Shown in pieces: positions 1-20,750 of a stretch of DNA of 64,000 nt. The position numbers and the translations under genes are program-made. Source of the stretch: Schizochytrium sp. TIO01 (Eukaryota; Protista; Bigyra: Labyrinthulomycetes). The notes beneath the pieces were generated by a model. That model had not been told where the DNA came from. It did not search any database and was given only the letters and a program-made list of their open reading frames with translations. Position 1 is the first letter of the stretch. Each line of letters starts with the position of its first letter. Location of the stretch: assembly GCA_004764695.1 (NCBI GenBank), contig SMSO01000005.1:1-64000 (forward strand), read 5' to 3'.

Positions 1-2105
1 AAAACAGTGCACTAAGAGTGAAAGGGGTCTAAGAAGAAAAATGAGTTCTCAGCCATCTTTCTAAACATTCACAAAGTGTTTCAAATGTTTGGTCAGAGTG
101 AAAATACTGAAGATTTGTCTAAGCAAGATGGGCGTCAAGACAAGATAGAAAGAAGAAAGAGCTGCTTTGAACGTGAGGATTTGAGGGCAAGTTTGGAGGC
201 TGAGGCAATGTTGTTCGACTCCATCTTAGTATATCTACAAGCTTATCATCGCAGTGGCAGAACTTATTAGAATGATGTTGTGCCCAGTAGACACTTGTTA
301 AGTACAGCCACGAAAACCTAGACACCTGACACTGTCATTGAGCCATAAATGTTCGGGTTTCTTGAGATCCAGTTGTGATCAGTGTTGGACGCTGTGAATT
401 TTCATATGAGTTTTATGCCGAACATGAGTGTTTCGTTCAGCTTCATTCGCGCGCAGATTATTGGTGTACGAATTTACTCTTACGATTAAACAAAGTCAGA
501 GCATCTCAAAACTAGAAAGCTATGTTGCACTAATGACTCCACGGCTAATAATACTACAATCCCTTTTGCTTTCAGATTGAATGTGCATAACTCAAAACAA
601 TTACTTTTATCGTAAGAGTGTGAAGCAGACTAGTATGTGGAGCCGTCCAAGCAATGATGGTCGTGAAATGAAAGGAGGAAGGAAGGCAATACATCCACGG
701 TAAGGCTCTGCTCTTCCAGACAATTTATACGACGTGAGTCCATCTCATGACACTATTGGGCGCCAGCTGCCTGGTGGATTGAATGCCGTACGCAGCTCTT
801 ACATCCATGTCGCTCGATATACGGCGTTAGAATCTGCGTTCAAAAAGAGATTGCTTACTGAGTTTTATCGAAAAAGTGATCAGATTATACCAGAAATGAG
901 CCATTAAAGTACACCAGACACTTTGTTAGGATATTCCCATGATACTTTTGACTGCTCGAGCTTTTCCGCAATCACACGCTTCTTCTTCTAGCTGCTTTTT
1001 TATTTGAATACAGTCTATATCATAAATACTTTACCAGAATACAACATTTTAGGTTTGCTAAATCTAGCTATTGCATATTAGCTTCTGCAATGGACCATAC
1101 AGAGGCAGTCTGATAAGAGAACGAGCTCTAGTAAGGTGGTCTGTGAGGCCTAATGAAGAGTGTGAAAGAGAAAAGGATAGTATTGAGTTTATTGAGCTTC
1201 TAGACACAGACAAACTGAATACATAGATTTCGCATTGAAGGGTGGCGTTAATTTACATTTGGGTAAGACACCTGAACAGATATGGCTTTGGTACGGAATG
1301 AGGCCTGCAACATCATTTTCCTTCAACGCACAACAATGCACAACGACGCCATCCTTGTTGGAGAAGGGATTCACATTCTCATTATTTATCATTTTGCAAC
1401 AAGTTATTAGTTATTAAATCACATGTATCATTAAATATTTTGTCTGGCAGTTATAGAAAAACAATGGTCAAGCTTCCCCTTAGACGTTGCTTTAGAAGTT
1501 GTTGCATTTCCATAATTTCTCGAGCCTTCTCAAACTTGGAAAGGTCGTCACGAGCAAACCATGTGCTTAAAAAAGCTGAAGCTCGAGTAATACTTTAATA
1601 AATACTATCCAAAAATTTGGGTTCAGGGATTTGATAAAGTTGAAAACGACTTCTAAACTTACCTTCACATCCACACTCCAGGATATGTATGAAGAATTAT
1701 GGACTTATAAGGCATTATTTAACGTCAGGTTATATTTTATTCATACAATGAACCTCAATCATTGTTTCTAAATGCAAACATCGGGGATTTGAGCTTTACG
1801 ACAATTTTTCACTTCACTTCTTGAAAATCACTGGTTGCTGCATGCGCGTTCACTAACTGTGTCTTGTTCTCCAACGTCTTTCAAAATATTGTCTATGACT
1901 CTTGCAGCGTTTAATTTATTCGCTTCTTAAATTGTCAATCTTAGTATTCAATGAAAATGTTTCCATCACCTACACGCTCTATATTATAATTAATATTTTC
2001 TAGCACAATCAAAATCCTATGAATCTATAAAATAGTAATGTCATTTCTGTAGTTTTACATACAAGCAACAAGGTTTAACAAAAAAAAATATATTCAGAAC
2101 TTCTC

Positions 2106-9893
<7,788 letters not shown>

Positions 9894-10328
9894 CGCGCAG
9901 CAAGTAACGATCTATACCTTAACCAGCGGGCGCGTGCGTGTGCCTTTTCAGCTAAGCTCGTGGCACAGTCCCAGTCGTTGCACAAGGTTTCGAACCTGCT
10001 GGACGTAAAGCTGCAAGTCGATGAGAGAGTTGTGCAACTGCTGAGTTACTATGGTTTCCCCTAAGAAGGAGATGTTTTTTGGTGCTCTTGAAGTAAAAGG
10101 ATATTTTACTATTCTGAACCTAACCTTGCCTACTCAGCCTCGGGTTCTGCATGTGCTGACCTCCTTTCTTTCTCACTCTTTCAAGACTATTCCTATTTCC
10201 TAAAGCCTACTCCTAGAATATGTTTTGCAGGGATGCTTGCTGCAGAGGTTCCACTCTCTCCTAATACTACCTATTTTGCACCTAAGTCGTCAAAAAAGTA
10301 AGTAAGTGACTATCAAATTAATGATACG

Positions 10329-10335
10329 TATAAAT
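10329..10335 (+). promoter_or_regulatory. TATA-like element at -30 of 5S copy 1 (equivalents at 20603 and 43436)
   Basis: TATAAAT, TATAAAT and TATATAT each start exactly 30 nt before the three 5S genes, whose flanks are otherwise dissimilar. Confidence 0.7.
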
Positions 10336-10358
10336 TCATCATGCACCCTCTCCTCAGC

Positions 10359-10476
10359 ACATTCGATCATACCACGCGGGTAACACCTCATCTCATTCGC
10401 ACTGAGAAGTAAAGTCGCGTAGGGCCGGGTCAGTAGTATGATAGGGGACTGCATGCGAAGCCCCGGTGTTGAATGT
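10359..10476 (+). rRNA. 5S rRNA (copy 1)
   Basis: 118 nt, ACATTCGATCATACCAC...GGTGTTGAATGT, with complementary termini, 5S motifs, a T-run terminator and TATAAAT at -30. Confidence 0.95.
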
Positions 10477-11727
10477 TTTTTCCCTTTTATTTTTACTCTA
10501 GCACTACAAGAAAGCAACTCCACGGTTGATATCACAATATTATTATACACATCAAAGATTAATTTCATGAAAATAAACCTGCCCGAAGAGGATCAACAGC
10601 ACTGTAAGAAAGGCAACTAGGCATCTCTACTCTCGGTCAAAATTCTCCTCTTTTTGAAACTTTCCTTCCCTTCTTTCTGGCACACCTTTGGTCGCAGCCG
10701 CCAGTAGCTCCGATCTTTGAAAGCCCCTCTCTGCTTTCTTCATGTTGAAGCCGTGAAGCAACTCAACACATCTTTGAAATCCGAAAATTGTCGACTTGCT
10801 CTCCATTCTCTCTCAAGCTTTCCCGATCTCAAAATAATCTATCATAGATCGCATCACAAACCTATTACTATCTGATAGACAAAAACCTACTCCCGACAAG
10901 CAATTTATTTCTTGTATGACACAGTTACGAGTTTTCGTCGCTTCAAGACCTCACCAAAAACAACGAAAAGACTACAAGTTTTTGGCTCTTCTGTCAAATT
11001 GACCCCGATACAAGGACCTCTTCTTGCCTACTACTCGTTACACAAAACGCCATGACAATCGAAACTCGACCTCCTTTTGCTCAACAAAACCCTACTCAAT
11101 GCTATATATTATCAAACCAAAACAATAGCACCCATACACGATCACAAATGGATAGGGACCTTCCTACCACGTTCTGCATTGTGTGTGACTTGATAGAAGC
11201 ACAACGCCTCCTCGTCTTTCTTCAAGAGCAGAATCCATTTTCACACCTTGCGCTCTCAGGAAAAAATTGACTCAACGGACCTTCGAAAACACTAGCAGCG
11301 CTTAACCTACGTATACAACCAACTATCATACCCAGCAACCTACTACTCTCGACAAAGCCAGCCATCCTCGCAAACCCGCAACACGAGGCAGCGCGCACGC
11401 ACGAGACCCACGCCCCCGCGACCTCTCGCGCGCCACACCCCTCCACGCGTTCGTTACTCGTGGGCGAGGCTGGTCTGCAGAAGCACTTGCGAGGCATCAC
11501 GAAGAGTCCGCCCGTTCCTCCTTCCTTGCTGCTCAGAAGAAGGAGAAGAAAAAGAAGAAGAGAGCAGAAGTCTCTGTTCCTGATCAGCAGCGCGAGTGAA
11601 GACTCAAACTACTCTCTCTCTCTCTCTCTCTCTCTTTCGAGTGCCAAAGTAAAGCGAAGACAAAGACAAAGCGAAGACCAATTTGTTTGCACCATCCATC
11701 AAAGGTGACACTCATTGCTGCAACACG

Positions 11728-14700
11728 ATGACTCTGGCAAAGAGAATTAAGGACATCAGAGAAGATACGACGAAGATAGAGTAAGTGCACGATGGAGAAG
11801 GGAGGAGACAGAAGAAGGAGGCATCGCGTCATCGATGTCTTGTAGTAGTCAGCTTTGTAGAAGAAGAATAGTTTTGAACTAGTAGTGGCACTAATGAAGA
11901 AGTTGGAAATGGCATATACTTACTCTCACTTGTTCACAAACAAACAAACAAACACAGTCTGTGTGGGAAAAGAATTGGTCATGAGGGCGCAAAGGCCGTC
12001 GCAAAGGCCGTCGCAAAGGCATGCGAGAACCTTCAAGAATTGTCGTACGTTTGTGGAATCATCCACGAGGGAAAGCTATCGTAATAGTCAGGACCAAGCT
12101 TTTTCTTTCTTTCTTTTTAGTGCTTGGTGTTTGTAGTACTGCTTGTACACTACCTAAGTAGTTTACGTAGTTGGGTACGCAAAGAAAGGCAAAGAAGTCT
12201 TTTCTTTTTTACAAAGACAAGAAGGAAATCTATAGAATTTGATAGGCAGCAGCAGCAGAAGATGAAGAGCTGATTGCTTTTTATTGTGAGGAAAAACAAA
12301 ACAAAACAGGATCAACTGACTGGACCTGTCTTTCCTGACAACGAATGAACAAAACAAACTTATTCATTTATACTCGCAGTCTTTCTGGCAACAACATTCG
12401 CGATGAGGGCGCAAAGGCCGTCGCAAAGGCACTCGAGGGATGCAAGAACCTTCAAACTTTAGAGTACGTTTGTGGAATCATCCACGAGGGAAAGCTATCG
12501 TAATAGTCAGGACCAAGCTTTTTCTTTCTTTCTTTTTAGTGCTTGGTGTTTGTAGTACTGCTGATACACTACCTAAGTAGTTTACGTAGTTGGGTACGCA
12601 AAGAAAGGCAAAGAAGTCTTTTCTTTTTTACAAAGAGAAGAAGGAAATCTATATAATTTGATACGCAGCAGCAGCAGCAGAAGAAGGGGTGATTGCTTTT
12701 TATTGTGAGGAAAAACAAAACAAAACAGGATCAACTGACTGGACCTGTCTTTCCTGACAACGAATCAACAAAACAAACTTATTCATTTATACTCACAGTC
12801 TTGGTGGGAACAACATTGGCGATGAGGGCGCAAAGGCCGTCGCAAAGGCACTCAAGGGGTGCAAGAACCCTCAACAATTGTAGTACGTTTGTGGAATCAT
12901 CCACGAGGGAAAGCTATCGTAATAGTCAGGACCAAGCTTTTTCTTTCTTTCTTTTTAGTGCTTGGTGTTTGTAGTACTGATGGTACACTACCTAAGTAGT
13001 TTACGTAGTTGGGTACGCAAAGAAAGGCAAAGAAGTCTTTTCTTTTTTACAAAGAGAAGAACGAAATCTATATAATTTGATAGGCACCAGCAGCAGCAGC
13101 AGCAGAAGAAGAGGTGATTGCTTTTTATTGTGAGGGAAAACAAAACAAAACAGGATCAACTGACTGGGACCTGTCTTTCCTGACAACGAATGAACAAAAC
13201 AAACTTATTCATTCATACTCACAGTCTTCGTAACAACAACATTGGCTCAGAGGGCGCAAAGGCCGTCGCAAAGGCACTCGAGGGATGCAAGAACCTTCAA
13301 ACTTTGTCGTACGTTTGTGGAATCATCCACCAGGGAAAGCTATCGTAATAGTCAGGACCAAGCTTTTTCTTTCTTTGTTTTTAGTGCTTGGTGTTTGTAG
13401 TACTGCTGGTACACTACCTAAGTAGTTTACGTAGTTGGGTACGCAAAGAAAGGCAAAGAAGTCTTTTCTTTTTTACAAAGAGAAGAAGGAAATCTATAGA
13501 ATTTGATAGGCAGCAGCAGCAGAAGATGAAGAGCTGATTGCTTTTTATTGTGAGGAAAAGCAAACAAAACAGGATCAACTGACTGGACCTGTCTTTCCTG
13601 ACAACGAATCAACAAAACAAACTTATTCATTTATACTCACAGTCTTTCTGCGAACAACATTGGCTCGGAGGGCGCAAAGGCCGTCGCAAAGGCACTCGAG
13701 GGATGCAAGAACCTTCAAACTTTACAGTACGTTTGTGGAATCATCCACGAGGGAAAGCTATCGTAATAGTCAGGACCAAGCTTTTTCTTTCTTTCTTTTG
13801 AGTGCTTGGTGTTTGTAGTATTGCTGGTACACTACCTACTTAGTTTACGTAGTTGGGTACGCAAAGAAAGGCAAAGAAGTCTTTTCTTTTTTACAAAGAG
13901 AAGAAGGAAATCTATATAATTTGATAGGCAGCAGCAGCAGCAGAAGAAGAAGAAGAAGAGCTGATTGCTTTTTATTGTGAGGAAAAACAAAACAAAACAG
14001 GATCAACTGACTGGACCTGTCTTTCCTGACAACGAATGAACAAAACAAACTTATTCATTTATACTCACAGTCTTATGGAGAACAACATTGGCTCGGAGGG
14101 CGCAAAGGCCGTCGCAAAGTCTCTGCACAAAGCATGTCCTTCTGTTAGAATCTAGTAAGTTCCGTTCCCTCTGCTGCTATTCCCAGCTTGCGCAGAGCCT
14201 TGCCTTCGCTGGTTCTGTGTCTCCATATGGACTTGTGAGGAGGCCGTCTTTAGTTGTGTGCATCGTTTTTCTAACAAGCGCTTTTATTCTCTTTCTTTCA
14301 TTCATTGATTTATCAAATGCAGCTATGACAATTTTTATGGAACTCCTGAAGAATTGTTCGAAAGGGTGTGTTCTCCTGGAGAGGACATTGCAGATTTCTC
14401 GTCAGAGCTCGATTCCTATGCTTCCATAGTGGCTGCAGAAAGCGAGCCTTCTGCAGAGCCCAAGAACGAGCAAGATGGCGTTGAGAGCGCCGGGCTTGCT
14501 ACTTTGGGTAGACCTAGGTAAGTTCATGCGGTCAGTCTTTGTTTGGGATCGTGTAATTATTCATTCCACGAATCGTGTTATTGAGATAGAGGGTATCCTA
14601 ACTTTTGCGTCTGCTTTTGTTGCTGCCTCAACATCATTTTGCTCGTTTGCTTACGTCTTCTTGTTCGCCTCAGAGAACGGCCGGATGGAGCGAGCGTGAG

Positions 14701-17362
14701 TTTCGCTGATGTGGTGCAGCTTGCCAAAAAAGTCTCGGACTTACGCGCGGACCGAGGCAGGGTCAGAGGAAACTCCCTGCAGACTGGGATTGCCTTGCTT
14801 GAGGAATTCGTTCGACCGGCGATTCAGGGCTACTTTGGCCAAGTGAAGTTGCGACAGGTTTTCGCTGACATCAAGAACTCCAAAGAGAGTCTTGACGTGC
14901 TACAAGGCCAGATTCGTGCAAGCACCGCCAATGGCTTACCCAGCCTCATCGAAAAGCGGAACACCGAACGGAGACACCTGTATTCACTTTTGCAGGTTGT
15001 GTACCCATGGGTTCGCGCCAACCTTTGCGAAAGTGATGAGAGTGCAATGCGAGAATTCAAAGTGAGAGTCAAAAGTTTGGTAAACGATCTAAAGATCAAC
15101 CTTGCACCAGTCGGTGAAGAGACCAGCACAGATGACTTCAAACACTGCCACGAACTCGCTATTCAGGCTGCCCAATTCGTGGAAGGGTACAAGAGGAGTG
15201 GAGAAGGCCAACTCGACAACATTGGTGAACGAAGCCAACAAGCTGTAAAACGCGTCATCTCTCGATTGTCTGAGCTCGAACTTGGTGATGGATTATGGGT
15301 TGCTCTGAGAACACCTGAGCAGGCCATGAAGCTAGAACCGGAGTTGTCTGAACTCGCTAGTGCTCTTAAGGAAGAGATCGAAGCTCTACAAGGAGATACA
15401 TTTCGTGCCCAATTGTCCAAAATACTTTGCGTGATAAGTTCAACATTTGCTCGATTTGAAGGATACTCTGAAAGCACAGTGTTGAATGATGCAAGCAAGT
15501 GCACACCAACAGAGCTCTCTAATCTGTATGACTATGCAGTACTGGGTTTGAAAGAACCTTCTGTCTCAGATGTCGAAGCATTATACCAGAAACTCGACAA
15601 GTCAAGGAAAGCCACAGAAAGATTAAAAATCGCCGAAGCAGAACTAGTGGCTGAGGACCTGGATGAGGAAGATCAAGCATATTTTAGAAATCGAATGAAG
15701 AAGCAAGAGCTCGTTCTCTCTCAAGGCAACCCTATCGAACTTAGCAAAGCCTTTCGTCATAAGCTTGCTGAAACTCTGCAACACGCGCAGGAACATTATC
15801 CAGAGTTACTGCAAGATAGAGCTTGGCTGGAAAGGCTTCACGTAAGTGCAGAGGGTGTTCTTGAAGTAGCATGTTCTGACCTTTGGTTGACGAATGTCAC
15901 AGTTTCGGACTTCAAGCCTGTCGACGAACCCCTTGCTTCCAGAGGTGGCAAGAGAGTACAAAAGGTTCTTGACAACTTTGGTAAAACTATGGTTCTCAAA
16001 GAGTTTCAGCTTGGACATTCAAGTCAATCCAAAACCTTCTACAGACAAGTTGCCAATCTGGGCAAAGTGGTGTCTCAGCATGTGATACGTATCAATGGTG
16101 CTTTTGTTGACTTGGCACATGGAGTACCGCGTGGCTGTATTGTAATGCCTTTCTACGAGCAAGGTGACCTTGCCAAGTGGATTGATAGTCATCCTAACGA
16201 AGGCAAAGCAGCACGCGACCGACTTGCTGTGGGCCTGCTCATCGGCGTGGCGGATTTGCATACCCACGGCATTGTGCATTGTGACATCAAACCAGAAAAC
16301 ATTTTCCTCACAAGCAACGGGACACCATTGATCGGCGACTTTGACGGCATCAAGAATGCAGACTACACTACAACTTACACATCACTTCAGGCAACGCCAC
16401 GGTACGTTGCCCCCGAGTTGCAGAATGGGCCTGTAGATAGGTTTGAAACAGCGATGGACATGTACTCTGTGGGCATCAGCTTAAAGGAGCTGTATCCTAC
16501 TGAGCGAACCGCTGCAATGCAGAAACTTATCGATGCTCTTACAGCAGCAGACCCTGGCCAGCGTCCAACCGCTCGCCAAGCACTCCAACATGAAGCTTTT
16601 GGAGCTCCTAAGATCCCTGTCAAGATATGTCTAGTATGCATGGAGGAGCATCTGCTTTCCAAGGGCACGAGCTGCGAGGAGGGAGACTTCCTTTGCAGAT
16701 ACTGTATCGAATCTTCAGTAGAAGCGGCGGCACGGCCACTTGCTAACGTAAGAGTAGATGCTGATGGAACGATGGCGTGCATGAAACCTGAATGTAGTGG
16801 AAGGATATCAGGTCAAGAAATCACCCGTCTTGCACCAACTGCTTTGAATCACCTATTGTTGATTGCGAAGATGAAGGCAGAAAATGAAGCAGCAGTTTGG
16901 GCGGAGAAGGAGATCCAAAGGCGCATAGCACAAGTTTTACGTTCTGATGAACAGAATCGCGACGCACGGCTTCATTTACTTCATATTCAAGAGAAGATCT
17001 TGAGCACATGTTGTCCGAACTGTAAGGGATATGTACACGATTTTGACGGTTGCTGTGCTGTAGAGTGTGGTAATGAGGCTTGTGGTCATCACTTCTGCGC
17101 TTGGTGTCTTGGCTACAGTTCTCAGGATGAAGATGTTTGTCATGATCATGTGAGAACCTGTTCAAGAAGACTTGGGGAAGATCCATTTTTTGCTGATTCT
17201 TTTGAGCAGGTTCGTGAGGCATGGCAGTTGCTGCGCGCTGAACGTCTGCGTGAGTACTGGAATGCAAAAATTCAGGATGGAAATCTTCGACTTGTTCTGA
17301 AAGAGTTATTGTCGCCTTTGCTAACACCAGATATTGTTGGCGCAAACTTCAGATTGGAATAG
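11728..17362 (+). CDS. Spliced 9-exon gene B: 6 LRRs, helical region, Ser/Thr protein kinase, RING and Rcat/RING2-like (RBR-type) domains, ~1147 aa
   Basis: Exons: 11728-11780 (MTLAKRIKDIREDTTKI, then GTAAGT), 11958-12044 (87 nt), 12380-12463, 12799-12882, 13225-13308, 13643-13726, 14071-14154 (84 nt each, LxxNNIxxEGAKAVAKxL), 14323-14517, 14674-17362. All introns are phase 2 GT-AG and the join is in frame with the 907-aa ORF. Total 3444 nt. Kinase motifs: VLKEF, HCDIKPEN, GDFDG, APE, DMYSVG. RING-like: CLVC...C...CRYC...CMKPEC. Rcat-like: CPNC...FDGCCAVEC...CGHHFCAWCL. Confidence 0.9.
11950..14120 (+). repeat. Tandem array B: 6 LRR exons at 418-428 bp spacing with 5 near-identical introns
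   Basis: Recurring cag|tctt...gagggcgcaaaggccgtcgcaaag...|gtacgtttgtggaatcatccac. Intron length differs mainly at a (GCA)n(GAA)n tract. Confidence 0.97.
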
Positions 17363-19240
17363 ATTAATCGAATTTTTAATGATTATCTGTTTCGTAAGCG
17401 CTGTTGACTAGAAGGCAAGAAAGTAATTGCTCTCCTCCAGACAGCACCGACGTCTGCCAACAGGATCAGAATCTATAATGTGTTTTTTTCTGGCAAGGTT
17501 CTTGGTGAGGGGACGTACTAAAACTTAACATAAACTAAACATAATTTAGAACAGTGTAATGATTCGTTAACATTTCACTGATGATATATATGCTTTCTTA
17601 ACTTTATTTTTCCAGTTTGAGGAGCATATTTACTTTATTATTAGATAGGAATCCTTTCTTTGTTTTACTCTCTCTGTTACTTCGATAATTCATTCAGCAA
17701 CACCTCAAGGTATCAGAAGCTCTATGTTTAAGCCAAATCGTTGCAAAATAAAATCAAAAATACTTTTTTGATTTATCTCTCTTTGGCAGTTCTCAATAGT
17801 TCTCATTTCGGAAAGCAACTTTTTATTTATTTATTCATCAAAGCCAAAATGCAGTTCTTCTAACTGCACTGAAACCCTTAATGTGACAATTTCCTCTCAG
17901 TTTTCAATTTAAATTCTGCACACCAATCGCTACTCCACCCTAGCATCAGAGGGCCTGTAATACGCAACGTTTTATTGTACAGTCCTATCAAACATAGTAT
18001 ACCATGATTTTACGGTTACGAGGTGCTGGGCGTTTCCAATTTACATAAGAACTCCATCAAAGGCAGGAGCAAGAGTAGTATTACAGACACAGCCCTTTCT
18101 CCGTATATGTGATGACCTGGGTAATAGGAGCTTAGCTCTGTCTTGGTCACTACTTACTATTACACAATAAATTAATCGTAAAGATCAGACTCTGAACACA
18201 AGCCTTGGCACTCCAGACAACTTTTGAAAGCTAGAATGAAACCATTAGTTATTTAATCCTCGAAACTCTTTGATCTTGATATGCCATGTATCCAGATTTA
18301 CTATTTGAAGCATGGACTCTTCTCAAGAAAACCATTTAATTTCCACATCTTAAACTCTTAGAACAAAGTTGACGCAACGAACCTTCAAAGACAAAACATT
18401 GCGTTTCTGGTCGGCTCTTTAAGTTGTTCTTCAAAGATTTTATAGAAGAGAGCATTGCAAGAACACACAGAGTGATAAGGGAATTAGTTTACTCCATCAA
18501 TCTGAGATTACGAGACAATGACAGAATTGTGGATACCACAGAAGCTACAAAGTAAATGCACAATCGCTATTAAAAGATGTGCTCTAAGCAGCCAGAAGTT
18601 ACATAGGAAGATGGCGGCATCTTTTTATGCTTCGGCGTACACAGCTCGCGATTGCAAACCTTGAAGATGAACATTCAGCACCAAAACTTCAAGAGTTTTG
18701 GGCATTCAAGGATTTACTGTCCTAGTAAATGATCAGCTGCTGCTGCGTAAAGGTATTTAACAGGTGGAACAGTTCATACCCTGAGTATGAGACTAGGACT
18801 GTTAAAACTTAGAGCTCAAGGGGTTAGGCTAGCTCGTTTGTTCAACACAATTCTTTGGTTGTGTATTTCACTTTCTCTCATGAATTTGCTTGGTCTCACT
18901 CCGTATCTGATAGTCATATTCTTACAAGTCCTAGACTACGAGGACTTATAATAGTGTGACAATGACGCTTCTCCGCAGAACTCCTTGATTGGAAATCTCA
19001 GCACAGATGAAATAAATTTTGCTGCGCCCCATGAACTGCATATTTTAATCTGGCTACTTGACTTAATAGAATCTCACATGATAAGCTTTAGCAGTGCTCC
19101 AAGACATATTCTACAATGATGAATTTAAAATTACTCCTCTACAGTATGCTTCATCTGTTGAAAGAAACTATTGACTCTACAGACGTATGACTTATCGAAG
19201 TTTTATACCTATGTGCAGGACGGATCATCTCAATGTAAGA

Positions 19241-19366
19241 CCAAAGCCCATAGACTTTGACAATGGGCCTTGTCAGCAGTTCCTGAATATTAATTCTAAC
19301 TTTTCTTTTCCTTCATTTCTCTACCTACGCTATCTCTTGGTGATCGCCTCACGCTAACTTGCAATA
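19241..19366 (+). repeat. Dispersed short repeat family, copy 1 (related copies at 37871-37994 + and ~51481-51572 -)
   Basis: Shares tgtcagcag...cctgaat.ttaat...ttccttcat.tctc.acctacgctatctcttggtga.cgcctcac...aacttgcaata with the 37.9-kb copy. Confidence 0.7.
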
Positions 19367-20632
19367 TTCCTCTAAGAGGGAAACACACATATTTAAGCAA
19401 CATGAGCTGAGAGTGTCAACGAAAGTGTTAAGCGGTTTACTTCTCCCACGAGATCTCTGTGATGGTGTCCCACTGAAGATTGTGTTGTTCTTCAAACACA
19501 CATTAAGGTTACTGTTCGAGTCAGTTTCAAAGCAATTGAGACACATGTGAGTACACAGCCAAACAGAATGCGCACAACCGTGCTTGGCTAGTCTCTTCAT
19601 TTGCTTTTATACGCACTTCTCGTTATAGTAAACTTTGTAACACGAGATATTATTAACTCATTAGGAATAGTAGCGCCCAGTAACTTTCTTTCTTGTCTCC
19701 AGCTTGGGGAATTATCTCGTTGATGTTTCCTAGGAAATACACAAATGCAAGATTAATCCTGAACGTAGAACATCTTGCATCTGTGAAAGGAAGAATCTTC
19801 AGAAGGAGAGAGTCGAACTATATCGGTGAGATTCGGACACGCAAAGGAACATATTGAAGTGAACAAATGTGACCATTTCTTCTACCACAAAACTGCAAAC
19901 TATGCAAGAAACAACAAGTACACCAGTTTCAATTTATGATCTTTTTTTTAATTTTTCTGACCTGCATTAACTCAATAATGCGGAACACCACAACTAAAGA
20001 ACAGTGTAAAGATTCATTTCTTTTTTCTAAATGTATTCATTTAAAACTGTGCAAACTAGACTAAAGCAACTACTTATAACCATTAACCTATTCAAGACAG
20101 CTTTAGAGTTCTCAATCATGGCGGATAACTTCGTGCTAGGGAAAGAAATATGAAGCTTTTCTTGACTATGCACACGATTTGTACTATGCACAGAATAAAT
20201 AATCGAATGCTCGAAATGTGTGTGTTTCAACTCAACCAGGAGGGTAGAGGACCTACAGCTTTACTAATCTTGTCGAATTGCCTTGCAAACTCATTTTGAG
20301 GCTTGCTTTGCGCCCTTCCCTCCCTGACATAGACGCATCACTATGTTGACTGACGCTTCACTATGATGTGGTCATGAAGGTGTTCCTTTGAGCCTTGCGA
20401 AGTCATGGTGTCAGTTTTCCTTCTCACTAACTTTACTGTTGTTCGGCATCAGCTTGTATTTCAACAAAGGCAAATAAAGCACTCTGTAACAGAAAGCCTG
20501 CAAGGAAGCTTTTGTCTTCATGGTAGGCCAGAGAGACTCGAAGGAAAGCTACTTTCTGCGTTGTTACTTTTTATATAAAAAGAATGAAATAAAGGTCTGG
20601 AGTATAAATGCTAGAGTTCGACTTACTTGTTC

Positions 20633-20750
20633 ACATTCGATCATACCACGCGGGTAACACCTCATCTCATTCGCACTGAGAAGTAAAGTCGCGTAGGGCC
20701 GGGTCAGTAGTATGATAGGGGACTGCATGCGAAGCCCCGGTGTTGAATGT
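20633..20750 (+). rRNA. 5S rRNA (copy 2)
   Basis: Identical to copy 1; followed by tattttt. Confidence 0.95.

Noticed and set aside
10290-10620. ORFs containing HSTPGLRMQSPIILLTRPY (also 43397-43651) that look like a conserved protein
   Set aside because: The shared peptide is the antisense translation of the identical 5S genes.
11885-14699. Short ORFs across array B and the TTG start at 14639
   Set aside because: They are intronic or out of frame. The 907-aa ORF is better explained as a terminal exon entered at the AG at 14672-14673.
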